A stretch of DNA of 64,000 bases from Bacillota bacterium (GTDB taxonomy: Bacteria > Bacillota > Clostridia > Acetivibrionales > JAFADI01): NCBI GenBank assembly GCA_023424965.1, contig JAFADI010000100.1, forward strand, positions 5,349-69,348, given 5' to 3'. Within the stretch, counting starts at the first letter, position 1, and each line of letters begins with the position of its first letter. Positions 35,905 to 43,887 of the stretch are shown here, in pieces. The position numbers were made by a program, and so were the translations under genes. Below the pieces are notes generated by a model. The model was not told the origin of the DNA, searched no databases, and worked only from the letters and a program-made list of their open reading frames with translations.

Positions 35905-37101
35905 TTATTTTGTTTTGGACAGATCGTCGAAGACCATGGCCAGTGCGCCCATTGCCCCGCTTTCTTTGCCGAAAGAGGAACGGACCTTGATGGTTTTTTT
36001 AGCTTTGGACAGAAAAGGCCTCTGGTCCAGGTATTCCACTGTTTTGTCAAAAAGCCCGGGACACTTTTCGATAAAATATCCGCTGAAATAGATGATGTCC
36101 GGGTCGATAATACTGATGATGTTTCCTGCGGCGATGTTCAGGTAATAGGCGCATTGGTCAATGGCTTCCACGCTGACCTTGTCCCCTGCCTCCGCACAGC
36201 TTATCAATTCATCCAGAGATATGTCTCCTTTTCCAAAAAGGCTTTCTTCCCCATTCTCCAGCGCTTCCAGGGCATATCTCACCGCCGCCTTTCCGTCCGC
36301 ATATGCTTCCAGGCAGCCCTTGTTGCCACAGGAGCACGGATATCCGTCCACCTGTACGACTGTATGCCCGATGTCCATGCCTCCGTCGATGAAGCCATGA
36401 AAGCTGTTCCCTTCCATGACCATTCCTCCGCCCACGCCCGAGTCGTATACATTGATGGCGAAAATCTTTTTAAAGCCAAGGGCCTTTCCGAACCAATACT
36501 CGGCCAGGGCCGCACAGAAGGTTTCTTTGCCGATATAAGTCCTTATGCCTGTCTTTTCGGCAATGATCTCTTTTATGGGCACATCCTTCCATCCCGGCAA
36601 TTTCGGCGGGTTCAGCATCCTTCCTGTTGAATGGTCATAGGGTCCCGGAATTGCCAGTCCCACTCCCAGTACTTTTCCTTTTTCGATGTTATTGCTCTCA
36701 ATGCTTTTCTCGATCAAACCGACGATTTTTTCGATGACATAATCCTTCCCTTTATCAAGCTCTGAAACGGTATGAAGCTTGTCGATGACCTTTGCCTGGA
36801 AATCACTCAGAATGCAGATGATCTCCGTTGTATTGAGCTCGATTCCCACGGCGTAGCCCGCCTCCGGGTTCAGTTCCAGGTTTATGGGCTTCCTCCCCCC
36901 CATGGACTTGCCGCTGCCCACTTCCAGCAGCAGCTTTCCTTCCAGCAGTTCCTTGATGATATTTGTGATGGTTCCCGTCGTTAACCCTGTTTTAGTCACA
37001 AGATCCCTTCTGGGTATGGTTCCCGCCTTGCGCACCACATTTAGTACATGGAGGGTGTTGATTTCTTTCATGGTCTGGCTGTTGATTTTTTTAAAACTCA
37101 T
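35905..37101 (-). CDS. ROK-family transcriptional regulator (NagC/XylR-like)
   Basis: 398 aa. N-terminal winged HTH, and a ROK sugar-kinase-like body with the Zn motif CSCGNKGCLE. Confidence 0.9.
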   Translation of the reverse strand: MSFKKINSQTMKEINTLHVLNVVRKAGTIPRRDLVTKTGLTTGTITNIIKELLEGKLLLEVGSGKSMGGRKPINLELNPEAGYAVGIELNTTEIICILSDFQAKVIDKLHTVSELDKGKDYVIEKIVGLIEKSIESNNIEKGKVLGVGLAIPGPYDHSTGRMLNPPKLPGWKDVPIKEIIAEKTGIRTYIGKETFCAALAEYWFGKALGFKKIFAINVYDSGVGGGMVMEGNSFHGFIDGGMDIGHTVVQVDGYPCSCGNKGCLEAYADGKAAVRYALEALENGEESLFGKGDISLDELISCAEAGDKVSVEAIDQCAYYLNIAAGNIISIIDPDIIYFSGYFIEKCPGLFDKTVEYLDQRPFLSKAKKTIKVRSSFGKESGAMGALAMVFDDLSKTK

Positions 37102-37247
37102 CGTCTACCTCAAATGGATTGATATTCGATCATTCATTTACAAATAAAATAATTTTATGCTATTAATTCAACACAAACGGATAAAAACCTTTACCGGACC
37201 CCGTTTTTTTATTTATTTTCCTGCAAAGCTTCAAATACTCCGGGGCA

Positions 37248-37298
37248 TAAAAAGAAGGCATTGCCGTTCTTTTTGCAAAAACGACCTTCAATGCCTTC
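37248..37298 (-). terminator. intrinsic terminator after the dehydrogenase gene
   Basis: Minus strand reads GAAGGCATTG...CAATGCCTTC (10-bp stem with an inner TTTTTGCAAAAA palindrome) followed by TTTTTAT. Confidence 0.75.
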
Positions 37299-37317
37299 CT
37301 TGAATGTTATTTCCCGC

Positions 37318-38367
37318 CTATTCATACCGGATGATGCATTTCTTTTTCAACTGTTTGGCTTCAATTTTTTCAAAGGCGGACAGGATATCTTTGAAGTCGA
37401 TGATGTCGGAAATATAATCATCAAAGGAGATGATTCCGTCCTTCAGCCAGGCCACCACCTGATGATTGGCCAGATACTCCTCCACTTTGTCCGGCATCTG
37501 CTGAAAACGCAGATTCCAGTTATAGGGAGCCTTTGTCCAGTCGATTTCGGCCTTGGTATTTGCGGAAATACCATAGCAGCATATGCTTCCCCTGTCCTTT
37601 ATCAGCAGCATGGCCTCGTTGATAACATCCGTGGCCCCCACGGCATCAATGACATAATCTACTCCCCCGGGGCACAGCTCCCTGATCTTTTTCACGTTGT
37701 CCCTGTCCTTTGCATCCAACCCGTAGTCTGCGCCCAATGCCACCGCAGTCTGTACCTTATCTTCCACATGTTTGTCTATGGCAATAATCGGACTGGCACC
37801 CAGAATGCGCAAAAACTTGACAAAGGTCAGGCCTACGGGTCCGCACCCATACACAACGGCACTCTGGTTTTCTTTGATTCCGAAGACTTTTATGGCGCTG
37901 AGCACCTCTCTGAAGGTGACAATCATCGCCGCTTTCACCGGATCGAATTCCTCCGGCACCACGGTTTGCGCGTAGGCCTTGTCGGGAAAAGCCTCCGAAT
38001 TCAGCAAAAAGCCTTCGCTTTTGCACGCCTGTGCGTCGTATACCACCCCGTATTCCGAGTAACCTCCCCAGCCGGTATCGAATTCTCCGATTTTGTCGCA
38101 GAAGGGCATCATTACAATATCACCAACCTTGAAAGAGGTGACCTTGCTTCCCACTTCCACCACTCTCCCCACCGCTTCATGTCCAAGCATGATGGGATAG
38201 TTTTCAACGGGCATGCCTTTAAAATTCCTGTGAATCAATTTCCCGTCCGTCCCGTTACAAATTCCGCAGCTGATGGTCTTCACCAGGGCCTGCCACGCAT
38301 TGTACTCAGGAACCCGGCACTCCTCGACGCTCAGTCTTCCCTCCCTGTCTACAACAAGGGTCTTCAT
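37318..38367 (-). CDS. zinc-dependent medium-chain dehydrogenase (polyol/sorbitol dehydrogenase-like)
   Basis: CGICNGTD and GHEAVGRVVEVG Zn motifs, and a GCGPVG Rossmann motif. MKTLVV start at 38367 follows GGAG. Alternative ATGs at 38379 and 38409. Confidence 0.88.
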   Translation of the reverse strand: MKTLVVDREGRLSVEECRVPEYNAWQALVKTISCGICNGTDGKLIHRNFKGMPVENYPIMLGHEAVGRVVEVGSKVTSFKVGDIVMMPFCDKIGEFDTGWGGYSEYGVVYDAQACKSEGFLLNSEAFPDKAYAQTVVPEEFDPVKAAMIVTFREVLSAIKVFGIKENQSAVVYGCGPVGLTFVKFLRILGASPIIAIDKHVEDKVQTAVALGADYGLDAKDRDNVKKIRELCPGGVDYVIDAVGATDVINEAMLLIKDRGSICCYGISANTKAEIDWTKAPYNWNLRFQQMPDKVEEYLANHQVVAWLKDGIISFDDYISDIIDFKDILSAFEKIEAKQLKKKCIIRYE

Positions 38368-38409
38368 CCTTTTCTCCATGCTTTTCTCCCCCTCTTGAAT
38401 ATTTTTCAT

Positions 38410-38440
38410 TTAATAGTTAAATACTTAATTTAACTATTAA
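38410..38440. promoter_or_regulatory. perfect 13-bp inverted repeat TTAATAGTTAAAT-N5-ATTTAACTATTAA (candidate operator)
   Basis: Read directly. It lies about 43 nt upstream of the dehydrogenase start, in the divergent region shared with the MCP gene. Confidence 0.4.
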
Positions 38441-38648
38441 AATAATAAATATATATTTCTATGGATGCCATTAAATTCCTCTTTTTTTCAGAAAATAAGT
38501 TTTATTTTTAACCCCGCTGGAGGCTGTTGAAATGAAGGCCGTTTTCCGATATAATTACCATAACTCCATTTTTTCGACATAATACAACAACGTTCGACAA
38601 TTCTTCAAAATAAATTTATTCATTGCGGTAGAAACAATGGGAGGTTCT

Positions 38649-40337
38649 ATGCACTTACGGTTAAGAGGAAAACTGTTGACTCTGTTCATTTCATTACTGG
38701 CAGCTTTTACTTTAATTCTGCTGCTCACCGTCCATATGCAGGTATCAAATCTGGCGCAGGAAAGTCTTATGTCCAAAGTGAATTCCGATTTGAAGCTGGG
38801 ACTGGCCTTCCTGGATGAAAAGTACAGGGGAGCTTGGACGGTAAAAGAGGGAAAGTTTTACAAAGGAGACAAGCTCATCAATGAGGACCATTCCCTTGTT
38901 GACGAAATCAATAGCTATACGGCCGACATCGTGACTATTTTTATGGGTGATACCAGGGTATCCACCAACGTTTTAAAAGAAGACGGAACCAGAGCCGTGG
39001 GAACCAAAGTTTCCGAGATAATTGCCGAAGAAGTCCTGGATCAGGGAAAAGAACATACCGGGCTTGTAAATGTCCATGGCAAGGATTATGAGGGCAGGTA
39101 CATTCCTTTAAAAGACGGCAGCGGAAAGAACGTGGGCATATTGTTCATGGGGGTGCTCAAAAGTGAATCCGACCGTTCCATCCTGCGGCTGGAAACCAAC
39201 ATGGTGGTTGTAAATATCCTTGTGATCATTGCAGCAATCGTTCTTGTCATTCTTTTTACCAACCCCATCATCAAGAGTGTCAACAAAATTGTTTCGGTGA
39301 TTGAAGGCATTGCATCGGGCAATTTCAAGGTAAAGGCCGATGTAAAAAGAAAAGACGAAATCGGGGTCATCGCCAAAAACGTCAATATCATGGTGGAAAA
39401 GGTGGGTTCGCTGGTTTATGACATCAAAGAGGCAAGCCTCACGGTCTCTTCCTCCTCCCAGCAGGTAATGGCATCCTCCGAAGAGATCTGCAAGGTAGCG
39501 GAGCAAGTGGCGGAAGCCATCGACGAGGTCGCCAGGGGCGCCATGGAACAGGCTGCTACCACCGAGAACGGCAACAGGCAGATCCAGGGAATCGTTAAAA
39601 GCCTGGACCAGATAACGGAGGAAATGAACAACTCCAAAAAGCTGGCCCAGCAGGCAAAGGAAATCGTGCAGGCCGGCGGGAAATCCGTTGAAATACAGGA
39701 ACTGAAAATGGGTGAAAACAGGCAGCTTTCCTGCAATGCCGCCGTTGCAATCACCGAGCTTTCTATTAAGTCCAATGAGATCGGTCAGATTCTGGAAGTC
39801 ATAAAAAGCATCGCGGAGCAAACAAACTTGCTGGCTCTGAATGCGGCCATTGAAGCCGCCAGAGCCGGTGAGGCTGGGAAAGGCTTCGCCGTAGTGGCGG
39901 ACGAGGTCCGGAAGCTGGCGGAGCAGTCGGGTGTTTCGGTCAAAAAAATTGCCGGAATGATCACTGAGGTCCGGGAGAGTGTGGACAAAGCGGTGGCTGA
40001 AATGGGTAAGGCGGAAGAGTCCGTGGCCCAGCAGTCGGACGCTCTTGCAAATACCGTCAACGCATTTAAAGAAATCAAATGGATGGTGGAATCCATCTCC
40101 GATAAAATTGAAACAGTGACGGAAGCCTCCGATGCATTGTATGAAAACGCCAAAATCGCAGGCGACGGGATCACCGGTATCGCCAGCATCGCCCAGCAAA
40201 CAGCGGCCGGAACGGAAGAAGTATCCGCATCCACCGAAGAGCAGACCTCCATCATCAACCAAATCTCAGGCTCTGCCGACAATCTGGCAAAACTGGCCTC
40301 TGAACTGCGGGAGAAAGTCGAAAAATTCAACGTCTGA
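38649..40337 (+). CDS. methyl-accepting chemotaxis protein with extracellular Cache-type sensor and HAMP
   Basis: TM, Cache-like region (DTRVSTNV...GTRAVGT), TM, HAMP, then the conserved MCP signalling hairpin ([38 protein letters not shown]). Confidence 0.92.
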   Translation: MHLRLRGKLLTLFISLLAAFTLILLLTVHMQVSNLAQESLMSKVNSDLKLGLAFLDEKYRGAWTVKEGKFYKGDKLINEDHSLVDEINSYTADIVTIFMGDTRVSTNVLKEDGTRAVGTKVSEIIAEEVLDQGKEHTGLVNVHGKDYEGRYIPLKDGSGKNVGILFMGVLKSESDRSILRLETNMVVVNILVIIAAIVLVILFTNPIIKSVNKIVSVIEGIASGNFKVKADVKRKDEIGVIAKNVNIMVEKVGSLVYDIKEASLTVSSSSQQVMASSEEICKVAEQVAEAIDEVARGAMEQAATTENGNRQIQGIVKSLDQITEEMNNSKKLAQQAKEIVQAGGKSVEIQELKMGENRQLSCNAAVAITELSIKSNEIGQILEVIKSIAEQTNLLALNAAIEAARAGEAGKGFAVVADEVRKLAEQSGVSVKKIAGMITEVRESVDKAVAEMGKAEESVAQQSDALANTVNAFKEIKWMVESISDKIETVTEASDALYENAKIAGDGITGIASIAQQTAAGTEEVSASTEEQTSIINQISGSADNLAKLASELREKVEKFNV

Positions 40338-40353
40338 GTCTACGGCCCCTAAA

Positions 40354-40385
40354 CCTCCATACCGTAAAATATGGAGGTTTTTTTA
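40354..40385 (+). terminator. intrinsic terminator after the MCP gene
   Basis: CCTCCATA-ccgtaaaa-TATGGAGG followed by a T8 run. Confidence 0.85.
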
Positions 40386-40469
40386 TTTCCACCTTTTGCT
40401 ATGGAAAAGTATTTGATATAATGGTGCTAATTTACATTATTCTATTTTTTTCTACAAAGGGGCGGTCAA

Positions 40470-41630
40470 ATGAAGGATTTTATCAATGAACTTGTCGCTT
40501 TATATGGATTACTGAACAAGAACGTATCGGTTGAAGACACCCTGGAACATATATTTAAAACCTTCAAAGAATTCCTGCCTTTTGACAGGATCTGCATCGC
40601 TTTGCTGGACGGCTCGGAAAATGTGTATTCCCAGGCTATCCGCTCCGACTATCCTCCTATCCTGGAGAAAGGTTTTGCCGTCAGTCTGTATGATACTTCC
40701 CTGAAAAATGTCATCGCCACAAAGCTGCCCCGCGTAATCAACAACTATGCCGAGTATTTGGGTGTAAACCCGGCTTCCGAACCCACCAGGCTCATCCTGG
40801 AGGAGGCCATCATGGCAAGCATCGCCTGTCCGCTGGTAACCAACGACCTCTGTTTCGGGGTCCTGATTTTTTCCAGCAAAACACCGGGCATATACAATGA
40901 CACCCACGTGGAGCTTGTGAAGTTAATTGCAAATCACATGGCCATTGCCATTGAAAAGAACCTGCTGATAGACGATTTGATCCTCGCTTCCATCACCGGC
41001 TTCGCCCGGCTTGTAGAGGCCAAAGACAATGACACCGGTTCCCACCTTGAGAGAATGCAGAACTATTCCAAAATCATCGCCCTGGGACTGCAAAAAACGG
41101 AGAAATACAGGGATGTCATTGACGATGCCTTTATTGACGATGTCTTCCGGTTCAGCCCTCTTCACGATATAGGAAAGGTGGGCATCGCCGACGGAATTCT
41201 TTTAAAACCTGCCAAGCTCACTCCCGAAGAATTCGAGGTCATGAAAAAGCACACCATCATCGGCTGTGATGTGCTGCGCAAGGCCAGCAACAACCTTTTA
41301 AGAAACGGAAGGCATTTCTTTGACGTAGGGATTGAAATCGCCCTGGGCCACCATGAAAAATATAATGGCAAGGGTTATCCCTACGGCCTTTCAGGTGACG
41401 AAATCCCGCTTTCCGCCAGAATCGTCATGGTGGCCGACGTCTTTGACGCCCTCACTTCAAAACGGGTTTATAAAAGCGCCTTTGCCATCGACGACGCCTT
41501 CAACATCATCGTGGACGAAAGCGGAAAAAGCTTTGACCCCGACGTGGTACAGACCCTGCTGGACAGCAAGGACCTGGTTCTGGAAGTATACCAGAAATAC
41601 CACGAAGGTGTGGATTTGGAAAGACGATAA
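40470..41630 (+). CDS. GAF-domain HD-GYP phosphohydrolase (putative c-di-GMP phosphodiesterase)
   Basis: N-terminal GAF-like domain. C-terminal HD (PLHDIGKVG) and HHEKYNGKGYPYGL (HD-GYP signature). Confidence 0.85.
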   Translation: MKDFINELVALYGLLNKNVSVEDTLEHIFKTFKEFLPFDRICIALLDGSENVYSQAIRSDYPPILEKGFAVSLYDTSLKNVIATKLPRVINNYAEYLGVNPASEPTRLILEEAIMASIACPLVTNDLCFGVLIFSSKTPGIYNDTHVELVKLIANHMAIAIEKNLLIDDLILASITGFARLVEAKDNDTGSHLERMQNYSKIIALGLQKTEKYRDVIDDAFIDDVFRFSPLHDIGKVGIADGILLKPAKLTPEEFEVMKKHTIIGCDVLRKASNNLLRNGRHFFDVGIEIALGHHEKYNGKGYPYGLSGDEIPLSARIVMVADVFDALTSKRVYKSAFAIDDAFNIIVDESGKSFDPDVVQTLLDSKDLVLEVYQKYHEGVDLERR

Positions 41631-41660
41631 CAATCGTACAGAAGTACAGGCTGCTGCCTT

Positions 41661-43229
41661 TTATGACAGGTAAATATCCGAAAATTCGATGGCAACAGCC
41701 TGTATCAGCCGTTTGTCCCTCTCTTCCGGCAGGCTCTCCCGTTTTGGAGATTCCGCAAGCCTTGTCACCGGAAGCATGACCGTGAAGCTGCTTCCCTTCC
41801 CCTCGCTGCTGTCCACCGTAATCTCCCCTTCAAGAGCGGTTACGAGCATTTTTACAAGGGACAGGCCGATACCGGTGCCTTCCGATTCCCTTGTCAAGCT
41901 GCTGTTCACCTGTCCGAACCGTTCAAAAATAAGCTTTTGCTTCTCCTTGGGTATTCCCACGCCTTCGTCCTTGACCGTGATATACACCCTGTTTTTTTTG
42001 CAGCTCACCTTCACATAGATGCACTTTCCCTTTGGCGTAAATTTAATTGCGTTGGACAAAAGGTTCAGCAAAATCCGTTCGAACTTCTCATCGTCAAGAG
42101 CCATGACCTTTCTTTCCACATCCGAAGTGAACCGGACTTCAACCCCTTTGGCTTTTGCATACAACACAGTGGAGTCGGTGATGACTTTGGTTACGGCCAC
42201 CACATTCATGTTTTTCAGGTACAGCTTTGTGCGCCCTGCTTCCGCCCGGGACACTTCCAGCAGGTTGTTGACCAGGCGCAGCTGCCGGAAAGCATTTTGC
42301 CGGATTTTGCCGACAAACCCGCCGATCTTCTCCGACATTTCGTTCTTGTATACGGCTTCCATGGTCTGGATTGCCGCATTGATAACCGTCAACGGTGTTT
42401 TGAATTCGTGAGCAATAAATGAAAGAAATTCATTTTTTATCAGAATTGTATTTTCCAGCGCTTCCTTTTGTTTCATCACCTGCTTGACCTGTTCCTCAAT
42501 GGACCGTCTGGCAAGGACCCTTTCCGTTACAAAAGTCAAAAGGAAAATCAGATATTTTGTTCTTCCGTTCTCTTTTATGGGTGTGACGATGTAATCAAAA
42601 TATATTTCCGTACCGTCGGCCTTAACAGTCTTATATTCTTTGCCATAGCAGGACTTTTCCGTCTCAAGCACTTCTTTGATTTTCTCATCCCCAGGAAAAT
42701 CCACCCAGCCCGGCGGGAGGTTATTCAAGGTTTTCCCCAAAAGACCCTCCGGTTTATTGCATGGCTCCGGGACCAGTTCCAGGTACCTCTCGTTTGCTTT
42801 TAAAAACATGAGCTCAGGAACGCTGCAAACCGCAACACCCAGATTGTTGTCACTGCAAAGCTTGTCCAGCAAAGGCATGCTGTCTTCAATCCTGGAATTG
42901 GGTTTTTCCACGATGATGTAAATTCTTTCATTTTTGCCAAGGCCGCTGTGGGCAGAAACTAGTACCTGCTTCACCTGGTTCGATTTTGTAAAAAGATAAA
43001 AGTCCTTTGATTCCTGGTCCGGCGTCGTGCCCTCCCATCCCACATCGGACTTTAACAGGGTTTTGAATGTCTCTTGTTCTGTTTTACCTAAAAACTCCTC
43101 TCTTTTGTAACCTGTGAGGTCGGTCAGCGGGTAGCTCGCTTCCAGAATTTCCCCATTCCCTGCTAGTATATATGGCATAAATCGTAAATTGCTGAGTTCT
43201 GTATCCGGCTTCAATAGTATAACCTCCAT
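41661..43229 (-). CDS. cytoplasmic PAS-domain sensor histidine kinase (no adjacent response regulator)
   Basis: No TM segments. PAS-like repeats, H-box HEFKTPLTVI, and ATPase motifs DEGVGIP and GTGIGLS. The start is ambiguous: ATG 43229, or TTG 43214, which has an optimal GGAGG-8 spacing. Confidence 0.85.
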   Translation of the reverse strand: MEVILLKPDTELSNLRFMPYILAGNGEILEASYPLTDLTGYKREEFLGKTEQETFKTLLKSDVGWEGTTPDQESKDFYLFTKSNQVKQVLVSAHSGLGKNERIYIIVEKPNSRIEDSMPLLDKLCSDNNLGVAVCSVPELMFLKANERYLELVPEPCNKPEGLLGKTLNNLPPGWVDFPGDEKIKEVLETEKSCYGKEYKTVKADGTEIYFDYIVTPIKENGRTKYLIFLLTFVTERVLARRSIEEQVKQVMKQKEALENTILIKNEFLSFIAHEFKTPLTVINAAIQTMEAVYKNEMSEKIGGFVGKIRQNAFRQLRLVNNLLEVSRAEAGRTKLYLKNMNVVAVTKVITDSTVLYAKAKGVEVRFTSDVERKVMALDDEKFERILLNLLSNAIKFTPKGKCIYVKVSCKKNRVYITVKDEGVGIPKEKQKLIFERFGQVNSSLTRESEGTGIGLSLVKMLVTALEGEITVDSSEGKGSSFTVMLPVTRLAESPKRESLPEERDKRLIQAVAIEFSDIYLS

Positions 43230-43344
43230 ATATAATTGTGCTCCCACGCTCTATTGTATGCCAAACCTGAATAAAATTCCATATTAAACTTTCATTTTTT
43301 GACATGGAAAAAATACAGCCTTATGGAATGGGTCCCGCAAAATT

Positions 43345-43587
43345 TTATGTCCAGGCGTCCAATACCCTGAAATCGTCGCCTTCCACGTCAACAAAAATGT
43401 TTATTACAGGGGAATTCACATGATCCACGCGGGCAATAAAGGAATTGTATCCCGCTCTTTGAATCAGTACCCGGGTTTCTCCGCCACAAGAGTATCCTTT
43501 AAATGCCTCAAGAATTTTGTCCTGAATTTCTTCCCTGGAACAAATGCCTATTTTTTTGATTTTTTCAACTACTTCGTCAACTCGCAC
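43345..43587 (-). CDS. hypothetical 80-aa protein
   Basis: GTG start with AAAGGAG 7 nt upstream. No family recognised. Lies 97 nt upstream of, and co-directional with, the PAS kinase. Confidence 0.55.
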   Translation of the reverse strand: MRVDEVVEKIKKIGICSREEIQDKILEAFKGYSCGGETRVLIQRAGYNSFIARVDHVNSPVINIFVDVEGDDFRVLDAWT

Positions 43588-43820
43588 ATAAAGACTCCTT
43601 TCTCTTCTGTAGAAATAGGGTGTAAAGATTTTCCCTTTAGTATTTCCAATTTTACAAGTTATACCCTTTCCCTATAAATATTCGAGGGGATATGGTACTT
43701 TTTCGTCCCTTATCCCCTCAAATGCCACACACATATATTCAAATAATTGGAATACCGTCACAGAGGTAAAAATCCTCTCACTTTATTCAAGGTTTACCCC
43801 TCCCATTTTCGATTAAACAC

Positions 43821-43863
43821 AAAAAGGAACCCGGGTAAAATAAATGTATTTTACCCGGGTTCC
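43821..43863 (-). terminator. intrinsic terminator after the SLH-protein gene
   Basis: 16-bp perfect stem GGAACCCGGGTAAAAT/ATTTTACCCGGGTTCC, followed by TTTTT on the minus strand. Confidence 0.85.
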
Positions 43864-43887
43864 TCTCTCATTTGAAAAATACAGGTT

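Noticed and set aside
35758-36630. 290-aa plus-strand ORF
   Set aside because: Antisense to the ROK regulator and the start of SBP paralog 2. No supporting motifs.
37261-38433. 390-aa plus-strand ORF
   Set aside because: Antisense to the Zn-dehydrogenase gene, which has canonical motifs. No RBS and no recognisable domain.
39108-40262. 384-aa minus-strand ORF (also 39785-40330 and 39416-39775)
   Set aside because: Antisense to the conserved MCP signalling domain. Repetitive Ala/Glu codons on the sense strand generate long open antisense frames.
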